Shown here in pieces: positions 22,944 to 31,512 of a stretch of DNA of 32,000 bases. The translations under genes were made by a program, and so were the position numbers. Source of the DNA: Candidatus Saccharimonas sp. (GTDB lineage Bacteria > Patescibacteriota > Saccharimonadia > Saccharimonadales > Saccharimonadaceae); the NCBI GenBank assembly GCA_015256915.3, contig CP076101.2, positions 330,001-362,000 of the forward strand, given 5' to 3'. Numbering within the stretch: position 1 is the first letter of the stretch; the number at the start of each line of letters is the position of its first letter. Below the pieces are notes generated by a model that saw nothing but the letters and a program-made list of their open reading frames with translations, searched no databases and was not told the DNA's origin.

Positions 22944-23867
22944 TTATAAATTTAACTCCGCTATTTTATCTTTTACTTCATCCAAAGCTTTGCTTCCAAA
23001 GCCTTTAAGTTCACGCAAATCTTGTTCGGTAAGGTTTACTAGGTCGTGAACAGTGCGAATGTCATTATTAACAAGCGCATTTGTTGTTCGAGCTGTCAAG
23101 TTTAAATCTTCAATTGATGTGTGAAGTTCACTTGCTTCATCCTCAAATTCTTCACCTAAAGCTGGAGCAGCTTCAATCGTTGTAGAACCAGCAAGTGCCG
23201 TATATTGATTTGCTAAAATTGCCGATGCTTGTTCGAAAGCTTCCCGTGGAGAAAGCGATCCATCGGTCTCGATAGTTAGATCTAATCTATCAAGGTTCGA
23301 AACCTGACCAACACGAGTATTATCAACTTTGTATCGAACTCGCAAAACTGGCGTGAAAATTGCATCAACCGCAATCATATCACTATGAATTCGGTCCTCA
23401 CTAGATTCTTCAATAGTTTTATAACCATGACCAGATTCAACTACAATATCCATTACAAATTTAGTCTTTTTATCGTCAATAGTAGCGATAACTTGATCTG
23501 GATTTACTACTTCCATATCAGCATTTGTTTGAATATCACCAGCAGTAATTACGCCAGCACCAGTTTTTTCCAATCGAAGTTCAACAGGCGAATCAGTGTG
23601 AGCCTTAAATTTTATATTCTTAAGATTTAACATTATATCAACCACGTCTTCTTTCACACCTTCAATTGATGTAAATTCATGGCTAACTCCGTCAATCTTA
23701 AAAGCAACTATTGCTGCACCATTAATACTCGAAAGGAGCACTCGGCGCAAGCTATTTCCAAGCGTATTACCGTATCCAGGCTCAAGCGGCTTCACAACAA
23801 AAGTTGCAACATTTTCGCTTAAGTCTTGAATTTCAGCAAGCGCTGGGTTATGAATTAATTTTGACAT
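22944..23867 (-). CDS. rpoA: DNA-directed RNA polymerase alpha subunit
   Basis: N-terminal domain (GYGNTLGNSLRRVLLSS) and C-terminal domain (LNLTARTTNAL...). Sits in the conserved alpha-operon position. Confidence 0.95.
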   Translation of the reverse strand: MSKLIHNPALAEIQDLSENVATFVVKPLEPGYGNTLGNSLRRVLLSSINGAAIVAFKIDGVSHEFTSIEGVKEDVVDIMLNLKNIKFKAHTDSPVELRLEKTGAGVITAGDIQTNADMEVVNPDQVIATIDDKKTKFVMDIVVESGHGYKTIEESSEDRIHSDMIAVDAIFTPVLRVRYKVDNTRVGQVSNLDRLDLTIETDGSLSPREAFEQASAILANQYTALAGSTTIEAAPALGEEFEDEASELHTSIEDLNLTARTTNALVNNDIRTVHDLVNLTEQDLRELKGFGSKALDEVKDKIAELNL

Positions 23868-23890
23868 ATAAACTTTTAGCTCCTTACCTT

Positions 23891-24508
23891 TTATCGTGAG
23901 TAATATTCAACGATTAGCTGTTCATTAATTCCAGCTTCTGCCTCTTCTCGTTTAGGAAGACCTGAAATAGAAACTGTCATTTTCTTACTGTCAGCTTTTA
24001 ACCAGCTAAGTGGAGCTGGGGCTGCATCAGCAACAACATCTTCAAGATTTGTGAAATAGCCAGATTTTTGGCTCTTTGGTCGAACAACAATCTCGTCGCC
24101 AGCTTTTAGTCGAATTGAAGGAATATCAACTCGTCGACCATTCAACAAGAAATGTCCGTGGCTCACCAACTGGCGAGCTTGTCGTCGTGAAGTTGCGAAA
24201 CCTGCTCGATAAATAGCATTATCTAAACGAAGTTCCAAAAGCTGTAGTAAGTTTTCACCAGCCAAACCTTCACGGCGTGACGCTTCTTTCATCAATCGTG
24301 CAAATTGCTTTTCGAGAAGTCCATAAAGTCTTCGAACTTTCTGCTTTTCGCGCAATTGAACTGCATATAAACTTGGCTTTCCCTGTCGAGAACCTGAATG
24401 TTGACCAGGAATTCCACTTTTACGTGCCATAATTTTAGCAGCTTTTCGATGAAGGGCATAGCCTTCTCGGCGTGATTGTTTAACAATCGGAGATCTATCT
24501 CTCGCCAT
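23891..24508 (-). CDS. rpsD: 30S ribosomal protein S4
   Basis: Full-length S4 with an S4 RNA-binding domain (RLDNAIYRAGFATSRRQARQLVSHGHFLLNGRRVDIPS). Confidence 0.95.
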   Translation of the reverse strand: MARDRSPIVKQSRREGYALHRKAAKIMARKSGIPGQHSGSRQGKPSLYAVQLREKQKVRRLYGLLEKQFARLMKEASRREGLAGENLLQLLELRLDNAIYRAGFATSRRQARQLVSHGHFLLNGRRVDIPSIRLKAGDEIVVRPKSQKSGYFTNLEDVVADAAPAPLSWLKADSKKMTVSISGLPKREEAEAGINEQLIVEYYSR

Positions 24509-24510
24509 AA

Positions 24511-24897
24511 TTAAGCCCTCCTTGCTTTCTTAGGACGAACGCCACCGTGTGGGACGCCAGTCACATCTTTAATACTTTCAACATTAATGTTTACATTCGA
24601 AAGTGAGCGAATCGCTGAATCGCGACCAAGTCCAACACCTTTAACGAAAACATCAACTGATTTTAGCCCATAAAGAGCTTGTACATTTTCGGCTGCTTTT
24701 TCAGTTGCAACCTGCGCTGCATAAGCTGTACCTTTTTTGCTTCCTCGGAAGCCACAAGCACCAGCACTTGCTGCCGCTAAAGCGTTACCTTTTTTATCCG
24801 TAAAAGTAATGATTGTGTTGTTAAAGGTTGCTTGAATATGCATTTGACCTGATGGAACAGATCGGCGCTGTTTTTTACGACTAACTTTTTCTGCCAT
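24511..24897 (-). CDS. rpsK: 30S ribosomal protein S11
   Basis: Full-length S11 (HIQATFNNTIITFTDKKGN...GFRGSKKGT). Confidence 0.95.
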   Translation of the reverse strand: MAEKVSRKKQRRSVPSGQMHIQATFNNTIITFTDKKGNALAAASAGACGFRGSKKGTAYAAQVATEKAAENVQALYGLKSVDVFVKGVGLGRDSAIRSLSNVNINVESIKDVTGVPHGGVRPKKARRA

Positions 24898-24917
24898 TTT
24901 TCTATCCCTTTCCTAAA

Positions 24918-25304
24918 TCAAGTCTTGCTTGCTGCTTTTGGCTGTGCTCCACCAACGGCGATTGCGCGACCCTTTCGAGTTCGTGCATTCGTTCGTGTGC
25001 GCTGACCGTTTACAGGCAACCCTGATTTGTGTCGCATACCTTTATAGTTGTTAATGTCTTTTAGACGTTTAATATTATTTGCCACGAGGCGTTGCAGATC
25101 ACCTTCTACGGTATAATTATTATCAATAATTTCACGTAGTTTCTGTTCTTCAGCCTCGGTGAGATTTTTCACCCGAGTGGTCGGCTCAATATTAGCCGCC
25201 GCAAGGATGGTTCGCGAAGTTGTTTCACCAATACCATAAATGTAGGTAAGAGCAATCCAAACTTGCTTTTCTGCTGGGATTGTTACCCCTGCGATTCGAG
25301 CCAT
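24918..25304 (-). CDS. rpsM: 30S ribosomal protein S13
   Basis: [10 protein letters not shown]...ALTYIYGIG is typical of S13. Confidence 0.95.
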   Translation of the reverse strand: MARIAGVTIPAEKQVWIALTYIYGIGETTSRTILAAANIEPTTRVKNLTEAEEQKLREIIDNNYTVEGDLQRLVANNIKRLKDINNYKGMRHKSGLPVNGQRTRTNARTRKGRAIAVGGAQPKAASKT

Positions 25305-25306
25305 AC

Positions 25307-25423
25307 TTAACCCTGCCTTTGCTTATTCTTAGGTTTTTTCTTATTGATAACACGAAGTCGACCTTTTCGGCGAACTAAAATGTCATCTGGACTGATTTTT
25401 TTAACACTTGCACGAACTTTCAT
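25307..25423 (-). CDS. rpmJ: 50S ribosomal protein L36 (Cys-free form); missing from the ORF track
   Basis: Hand translation gives [38 protein letters not shown] (38 aa). It sits in the canonical infA-rpmJ-rpsM position. Confidence 0.9.
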   Translation of the reverse strand: MKVRASVKKISPDDILVRRKGRLRVINKKKPKNKQRQG

Positions 25424-25475
25424 AAGTGTATAAAAACTCCTTATCCTTTAGGTTTATATTATCTGCAAATCCCCA

Positions 25476-25507
25476 TAGAAATAATAAGCCATTTCGAAAG
25501 CTGGCTT
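25476..25507 (-). terminator. hairpin after infA (terminator or attenuator)
   Basis: AAGCCA / TGGCTT stem with a TTTCGAAA-containing loop, followed on the minus strand by UAUUAUUUCUA. Confidence 0.35.
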
Positions 25508-25524
25508 TTTCTATTTCGAACTTG

Positions 25525-25746
25525 CTAATCTCTTAGGCGGAAGCTGATTCTTCCCTTAGTAAGGTCATAAGGGGTCAACTCTACTTCAACCTTGTCGCCC
25601 GGCACCAATCGAATATAATGCTTTCGCATCTTTCCACTGATATGAGCGATGATTGTATGCCCATTCTGAAGTTCAACTTTAAACTGCGTGTTTGGCAAAG
25701 CCTCCACGATTCGTCCTTCCAATTTTATTACTTCCTTTTGAGCCAT
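25525..25746 (-). CDS. infA: translation initiation factor IF-1
   Basis: Full-length S1-like IF-1 ([48 protein letters not shown]). Confidence 0.95.
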   Translation of the reverse strand: MAQKEVIKLEGRIVEALPNTQFKVELQNGHTIIAHISGKMRKHYIRLVPGDKVEVELTPYDLTKGRISFRLRD

Positions 25747-25960
25747 AAATCTATACCATTCTACATTATACTACTCAAAAAGTCAAGCCCTTTTTATAAC
25801 TTTCTTAAAATTAAAAAGAACATTAAGTTATCAGTCTTCCTTTTTCTTTCGGAGATAATCGTAAATTTTAAATACTCTAGATCATATATTTCTAACGAGT
25901 TATTCTATCGATATTAAAAAAAACGATATTTTGCTTTGGCATATTTTCCACCCCTAAATT

Positions 25961-25996
25961 AAAAATGTACTACTTAATTGTAGTAGTACATTTTTA
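25961..25996. terminator. perfect bidirectional terminator after the sortase gene
   Basis: A5, then ATGTACTACT-TAATTGT-AGTAGTACAT (10-bp stem), then T5. Confidence 0.7.
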
Positions 25997-26011
25997 ATAT
26001 TTTTATTAATT

Positions 26012-26713
26012 TCAAGACTTTCTAACAGCCCTTAGCACCACTCGTTTATTGAAGGTATTTTTCGAATAATCCCAATCACCAACACATGTTATGATGTTCA
26101 ATCCTTCTTTTGAAGACTCAAATGAGTCAAGCATCGTGCTCATTCCAAATTTATTATTTTCATCATTAATTTCATCAACAGTCATTTCACGGACATCTTT
26201 AACTTCATAAGTTATTTTTTGTCCATCACCCCTTTCAACTATTATATCTGAACCTTTCAAAAGGTTGCCAAGATTTTCGAAAATGCCCCCTTTAGTTGGA
26301 CCTCCATTATGCCCATCTATGAGAAGTGCGCCTTTGGAGTTTCCCGGTAAGGCACTTTTCATATACCAACCAGCATCATGAATTGAAATTGGCGAATCGA
26401 GTTGGTTGGTATTTTTTATTAGTCCCAATTGAACAACACGAGCATTTGAGATTTTTAAGTTAGGGATTGATAAAAATCTCGGGAAAAGTGGATTAGGAAC
26501 TTTATAAGAGTTTTTTTTCTCTTCAGTAACTTCAGTTTCATCAACTTGGTGAGTTAATGCTGAGCCACCTGGAATTTTCTGCTGATTTTTTTTAGGCTGT
26601 AGAAAATTATTGTATACATAAACTCCAGTATAGCCTATTAAACAAACCCAACAAATTATAAGAACTACAGACAATATTTTTTTAGCTTTTTTTCGAGAAT
26701 TTTTAATCTTCAT
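26012..26713 (-). CDS. sortase (membrane-anchored cysteine transpeptidase)
   Basis: N-terminal TM helix, conserved His (LLIDGHNG), catalytic Cys in LNIITCVG (TLxTC-like), and a C-terminal Arg (RVVLRA). Confidence 0.8.
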   Translation of the reverse strand: MKIKNSRKKAKKILSVVLIICWVCLIGYTGVYVYNNFLQPKKNQQKIPGGSALTHQVDETEVTEEKKNSYKVPNPLFPRFLSIPNLKISNARVVQLGLIKNTNQLDSPISIHDAGWYMKSALPGNSKGALLIDGHNGGPTKGGIFENLGNLLKGSDIIVERGDGQKITYEVKDVREMTVDEINDENNKFGMSTMLDSFESSKEGLNIITCVGDWDYSKNTFNKRVVLRAVRKS

Positions 26714-26725
26714 TTAAAGATCTCT

Positions 26726-28132
26726 TTATTTGTAATCGTCGTAAGTAACCATCAACGCTCGCGAATTTATCTGTCTAATAGTCTCGAGAGCAACAGTTAC
26801 AATAATCAAGATTCCAGTTCCACCAATTGAAAGATTACTATTTTGAATTGAAGCTAGGTTATATAGGAGATAATCTGCAACAAATGGTAATAATGCAATC
26901 AGACCAAGAGCTACTGCACCAAACAAATTTAAGCGATTAACCACTTTATTTAAATAGTTTGCTGTCGAAATACCGGGGCGTATACCCTCAATAAATCCAC
27001 CTTGTTTTTGAAGATTGTCAGCGATTTCATTCGAGTTAAATACAATCGAAGTATAAAAATATGTAAATACCACGATTAAAACAAAATATACGGCCGGATA
27101 AATAAACGACTCAGGAGAAGATCCGGTAAAAGTTCCTTGATTTGGGGCAGAAAACCATTTAATTAAGTTTTCAGCCAATGAAACATTAACTTTAGCATTC
27201 TTCATCACCTGACCAATAAACGCAGGAAGACTCAAGAATGAAACAGCAAAAATTACTGGAATAACACCGGCAACAATAAGTTTTACTGGCAATATACTTT
27301 TTATTCCACCATAAGATGAATTTCCATGAACTCGTTTTGCATAATTAATAGTAATAACTCTTTGCGCTTCATTAATCTTAACTAAAATATAAAGAAGAAT
27401 TAAGCTTATTACTAGAAGTATCAATGTAACCATAAATGCAATACGATTAACAGGCAAAGTAAACCAACCGAAAACATCAAAAGCACCATCTTTAGTATCT
27501 GTAATTGAAGAAATTAGAGTTGCTAATGTTGTTGGTAGCTGTGAAATAATACCAGCAAAAATAACTAAGGAAATTCCATTTCCAACGCCTTTTTCTGTGA
27601 TAATTTCACCAATCCACATCAAAAGAACCGAACCGGCGACCATTGCAGTTACGGCAACAATCCAGTTAGACAAACTCATGCCTTTGAAGCCCGCAGAGTT
27701 AGATTGAAGAACGGTTGTCTGCAATATGAAAATATAAGCAATAGATTGAATGATTGCCAAAGGAATAGTTAAAATTCGCGTCCATTGATTAATCTTTCGT
27801 CGACCAGACTCGCCATCATTATTTAGCTCTTCTAGTGATGGGATAGCTTTTGTCATTAACTGAGTAATAATTGAGGCAGTAATAAATGGGCTTAGACCAA
27901 CAAGCATAATTGAAAAGCTTGTCAAAGCACCACCAGTTAGCAGATTGATAAATCCTCCTAAATCGGTGCTCTTAATAGCAGATTCAACAACCTCTTTCAA
28001 GTTTCCCGCATTAGCAAGAGGAATTGGCACATGTGCCAAGAATCTAAAAATTATTAAAAGACCAACCACTCCAAAGACACGCTTTTGCATATCTTTATTT
28101 TTCATCGATTTAACTATTATTTTCCAATTCAT
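26726..28132 (-). CDS. secY: preprotein translocase subunit SecY
   Basis: Full-length 10-TM SecY-like sequence in the canonical position upstream of infA. Confidence 0.93.
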   Translation of the reverse strand: MNWKIIVKSMKNKDMQKRVFGVVGLLIIFRFLAHVPIPLANAGNLKEVVESAIKSTDLGGFINLLTGGALTSFSIMLVGLSPFITASIITQLMTKAIPSLEELNNDGESGRRKINQWTRILTIPLAIIQSIAYIFILQTTVLQSNSAGFKGMSLSNWIVAVTAMVAGSVLLMWIGEIITEKGVGNGISLVIFAGIISQLPTTLATLISSITDTKDGAFDVFGWFTLPVNRIAFMVTLILLVISLILLYILVKINEAQRVITINYAKRVHGNSSYGGIKSILPVKLIVAGVIPVIFAVSFLSLPAFIGQVMKNAKVNVSLAENLIKWFSAPNQGTFTGSSPESFIYPAVYFVLIVVFTYFYTSIVFNSNEIADNLQKQGGFIEGIRPGISTANYLNKVVNRLNLFGAVALGLIALLPFVADYLLYNLASIQNSNLSIGGTGILIIVTVALETIRQINSRALMVTYDDYK

Positions 28133-28139
28133 AATAACT

Positions 28140-28168
28140 ATTTTACCATACTTTCAATCTTATTTAAA
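28140..28168 (-). promoter_or_regulatory. secY promoter with the -10 box 7 nt upstream of the ATG (leaderless-type)
   Basis: Minus strand reads TTTAAA-17 nt incl. TGg-TAAAAT, then AGTTATT, then ATG. There is no SD. Confidence 0.45.
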
Positions 28169-28178
28169 GATTCAATTC

Positions 28179-29006
28179 CTATTTAATTAAAAAATACCCA
28201 ACTATTAATATTGCTAATAAAATTCTATACCAACCAAACATTTGAAAATCATTATTCTTAAGATAGTTAACTAGAGACTTTATAACAAACATTGAAACGA
28301 CAAATGTTAAAATTAAGGCAACTGATAGGTAGAAAATCTCAGTATTAGAATATTTAAAGCCATGTTTAACAATCTTAAGCATACTCGAACCTAGCATGAT
28401 AGGAATGCCCATAAAAAATGAAAATTCTACTGCGATTTTTCTTGAAACTCCCGTCAATAGCCCACCAATTATTGTCGATCCACTTCGAGAAGTTCCAGGA
28501 ATAAGTGCTAAAATTTGGTATCCACCAATTTTAAGTGCATCCAAATAAGTCATCTCTCCAAAACTTTCAATTTTTGGCTTTATATTTTTATTTTTTCGAA
28601 ATTGCTCTATAACAATAAACAAAATACCGTAAACCATCAACATCGCTGAAATAACCCACATATTTTCGAAATATTTTTCTATAAAATTATTAAATAGTAT
28701 CCCCATAGCTCCTGCAGGAATTGCGCCAATTAATATTTTTTTCCATAATTCAATTGTATTCTTTTTTTCACGATGATTTTTGTGTTTATCAAAAGGATTT
28801 AGCTTAGACCAATAAGTAAAAATAACTGCCATTATAGCTCCGAGCTGAATAACAACCATAAATACAGATTTAAACTCACTCGAAAAATTAAGCTTAGTAA
28901 ATTCATCAAATAGTAGCATGTGGCCAGTGCTTGAAATAGGCAGCCATTCGGTAACACCTTCAATTATACTAACTATAACGATTTTAAATAATTCCAAAAT
29001 ATCCAT
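28179..29006 (-). CDS. uppP: undecaprenyl-diphosphate phosphatase (BacA/UppP)
   Basis: The EGVTEWLPISSTGH motif, PGTSRSG and a multi-TM profile are typical of UppP. Confidence 0.9.
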   Translation of the reverse strand: MDILELFKIVIVSIIEGVTEWLPISSTGHMLLFDEFTKLNFSSEFKSVFMVVIQLGAIMAVIFTYWSKLNPFDKHKNHREKKNTIELWKKILIGAIPAGAMGILFNNFIEKYFENMWVISAMLMVYGILFIVIEQFRKNKNIKPKIESFGEMTYLDALKIGGYQILALIPGTSRSGSTIIGGLLTGVSRKIAVEFSFFMGIPIMLGSSMLKIVKHGFKYSNTEIFYLSVALILTFVVSMFVIKSLVNYLKNNDFQMFGWYRILLAILIVGYFLIK

Positions 29007-29015
29007 AACTCTAAC

Positions 29016-29024
29016 ATTATATCA
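29016..29024 (-). promoter_or_regulatory. extended -10 box 9 nt upstream of the uppP ATG
   Basis: Minus strand reads TGaTATAAT, then GTTAGAGTT, then ATG. Confidence 0.4.
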
Positions 29025-29068
29025 TGCTTTTGGTTAAATTAAAATAACAACAAATTTGATTATTTTAG

Positions 29069-29100
29069 ACAAAATAAAGAACACCCCTCTTGGAGTGCTC
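29069..29100 (-). terminator. intrinsic terminator after tuf
   Basis: Minus strand GAGCACUCC-AAGA-GGGGUGUUC (two G.U pairs) followed by UUUAUUUU. Confidence 0.6.
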
Positions 29101-29116
29101 TTTGAATTATAAACTA

Positions 29117-30301
29117 TTATTTGATGATGTTTGTAACAACACCAGCACCAACAGTTCGTCCACCTTCACGGATAGCAAAGTTCAAACCTTGCTCCATGGC
29201 GATAGGTGCTTGCAATTTAACTTTGAAAGTTACATTGTCACCAGGCATAACCATTTCTTTATCAGCTGGAAGTTCAACTTCACCAGTAACGTCAGTTGTT
29301 CGGAAGTAGAATTGTGGTTTGTAACCCTTTGAGAATGGAGTGTGTCGTCCACCTTCATCTTTTTTCAAGATATAAACTTCAGCTTCAAATTCTGTGTGTG
29401 GAGTAATTGTGCCAGGAGCAGCAATAACTTGTCCACGTTCGATTTGATCTCGATCAATACCTCGAAGAAGAAGACCAGCGTTGTCACCTGCTTGACCTTG
29501 ATCAAGAGATTTTTTGAAAGCTTCAATACCTGTAACAACAGTTTTTTGTGAATCTTTCAAACCAACAATTTCAACTTCATCATTAAGTTTAACAACACCT
29601 TGTTCGATTCGTCCTGTAGCAACTGTACCACGACCTTTGATTGAGAAAACATCTTCGATAGGCATCAAGAATGGTTTATCCATATCGCGAACTGGTTCTT
29701 CAATGTATGTATCCATAGCATCAACCAATTCCATAATAGCGTCTTCGTATTTTTCATCACCTTCAAGAGCTTTAAGAGCTGAACCTTTGATGATTGGAGC
29801 ATTGTCGCCATCAAATCCGTTTGCTGAAAGAAGTTCACGAACATCCATTTCGATCAACTCAACAAGTTCTTCATCGGCCATATCCATTTTGTTCAAGAAA
29901 ACAACAATCTTAGGCACACCAACTTGTTTTGCCAAAAGAACGTGTTCACGAGTTTGTGGCATAGGACCATCTGTAGCTGCAATCACAAGAACAGCACCAT
30001 CAACCTGAGCAGCACCAGTGATCATGTTTTTAACATAGTCTGCGTGTCCAGGCATGTCAACGTGAGCATAGTGTCGGTTCTTTGATTCGTATTCTTGGTG
30101 AGAAGAAGCAATCGTAATACCACGAGCTTTTTCTTCTGGTGCGTTATCGATTTGGTCGTACGCAATTGGTTTGTTAACTTCTGATGGAAGTCGTTTTGCA
30201 AGAACTGCTGTGATAGCCGCAGTAAGAGTTGTTTTACCGTGGTCAACGTGTCCCATAGTACCAACGTTTACGTGTGGCTTTGAGCGGTCAAATTCTGCCA
30301 T
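29117..30301 (-). CDS. tuf: elongation factor Tu
   Basis: [26 protein letters not shown]... is a full-length EF-Tu. The start is set at the ATG at 30301 with an AAGGAG upstream; the track start at 30370 is an upstream extension. Confidence 0.95.
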   Translation of the reverse strand: MAEFDRSKPHVNVGTMGHVDHGKTTLTAAITAVLAKRLPSEVNKPIAYDQIDNAPEEKARGITIASSHQEYESKNRHYAHVDMPGHADYVKNMITGAAQVDGAVLVIAATDGPMPQTREHVLLAKQVGVPKIVVFLNKMDMADEELVELIEMDVRELLSANGFDGDNAPIIKGSALKALEGDEKYEDAIMELVDAMDTYIEEPVRDMDKPFLMPIEDVFSIKGRGTVATGRIEQGVVKLNDEVEIVGLKDSQKTVVTGIEAFKKSLDQGQAGDNAGLLLRGIDRDQIERGQVIAAPGTITPHTEFEAEVYILKKDEGGRHTPFSKGYKPQFYFRTTDVTGEVELPADKEMVMPGDNVTFKVKLQAPIAMEQGLNFAIREGGRTVGAGVVTNIIK

Positions 30302-30336
30302 TTTTAGAATTTCTCCTTTTATTAATAATATTATGC

Positions 30337-30380
30337 GCGTCGCACGAGTCACTGTTTTAGCAAAACACACGACGCGACGC
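30337..30380 (-). promoter_or_regulatory. GC-rich imperfect hairpin in the tuf 5' leader
   Basis: GCGTCGC (30337-30343) pairs with GCGACGC (30374-30380). Inner TGTTTT / AAAACA stem. Lies in an otherwise AT-rich spacer. Confidence 0.35.
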
Positions 30381-30388
30381 TACCTATA

Positions 30389-30417
30389 ATTATACCTAAT
30401 CTTCAATATTTTGTAAA
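30389..30417 (-). promoter_or_regulatory. tuf promoter
   Basis: Minus strand reads TTTACA-17 nt-TATAAT. Confidence 0.5.
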
Positions 30418-30432
30418 GAGGTTTTATAAAAA

Positions 30433-31512
30433 TTATTTTGAAACTTTATATAAACCCTCATGCCTCTGGTTTTCATAAATCAAAGTTGGAATACTCTTCG
30501 TCTTAATTTCTTCATTTACAACTCGAATATTCTCTTTAATACGCTCCTGGATTTCATTACTTTTAGCTTTTTTTGAAATTTCCTCAACTTGCGTATCTGA
30601 ATAACCCGCATCTTTAAGCCAGCTTTGCAAAATCTTTTCAGTTTCCTCCGCCGTTGTTGAAGTTTGATTTTCGCCATTAAACTTCTCTTGAAATAAAACT
30701 CCTTTTTCATCCTTTTCAGTAAAAATCTTCTCAATAATCATCCATTCAGCCGAAATCTTCTTACCATTTTCAGGTTGAATTCCTCGAACAGCTTCAAGAT
30801 ATTTCGAAATCAACTCAGAATTTTTAAACTTTCCATCAATCGGATATGGTAAGAGATGGGTTTTATGATTTTTAAAGAATCCGCTATTTTTCTGATTTAT
30901 AAATGAGCGCCGACAAACAATACAACCAGGGTCAAAAATATCAATCGCCACGCTCGCATCTTTCGAAACTTCATTAGAGAACTCACCACGATAAGTTGAA
31001 TTTTTTACAACATAATCTTGCGCATTCCAACTTCGAAACTTTGCAGGCATCGCATTAAAGATCTGCCCCCAATCTGTAAACCATGAAACTATTGGATTTT
31101 CAGTATTTCCGCCATCGATTGAGCAAGCCTCAGTTGAATTTAGTGCACAAGAAGCCGGCCGTTGAATATCACAAGTTCCAAAAACAAATAGCGCTAAGGC
31201 TGATTTAATTACTGTTAGAACCGACCAAATTGTGATTAGAACAATCAAGCCAGCCACCGCCTCAATCGCCCAAGAAACTGGTTTTACCCATTTTTTGTGC
31301 TTCACAATTACTTTTCGAAGAATTGAATTTTTAATTTCATCTTTAAAATTCGAATCGCAAGCACGCAAAGTTACTCTTCGTGAGAAACAATGCATTGATT
31401 TTTTAAACATTTGATTGATTGATTTCGCTTGTTTTTTAAAGCCAAAAAGCTTCAAAGCGGGTGTAAATAACCAAATAATTAGCAAAACTATAAACGCAGC
31501 AATACAAATCAT
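30433..31512 (-). CDS. membrane-anchored DsbA-family thiol:disulfide oxidoreductase
   Basis: Two N-terminal TM helices, a thioredoxin-fold CxxC (DPGCIVCRR), and a cis-Pro region near the C-terminus (IPTLIY). Confidence 0.65.
   Translation of the reverse strand: MICIAAFIVLLIIWLFTPALKLFGFKKQAKSINQMFKKSMHCFSRRVTLRACDSNFKDEIKNSILRKVIVKHKKWVKPVSWAIEAVAGLIVLITIWSVLTVIKSALALFVFGTCDIQRPASCALNSTEACSIDGGNTENPIVSWFTDWGQIFNAMPAKFRSWNAQDYVVKNSTYRGEFSNEVSKDASVAIDIFDPGCIVCRRSFINQKNSGFFKNHKTHLLPYPIDGKFKNSELISKYLEAVRGIQPENGKKISAEWMIIEKIFTEKDEKGVLFQEKFNGENQTSTTAEETEKILQSWLKDAGYSDTQVEEISKKAKSNEIQERIKENIRVVNEEIKTKSIPTLIYENQRHEGLYKVSK

Noticed and set aside
29514-30008. 164-aa plus-strand ORF, and other plus-strand ORFs inside tuf, the giant gene, the 383-aa gene and the ribosomal genes
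   Set aside because: These are shadow ORFs antisense to strongly supported genes. They have low-complexity Ser/Ile-rich translations and no SD or promoter.
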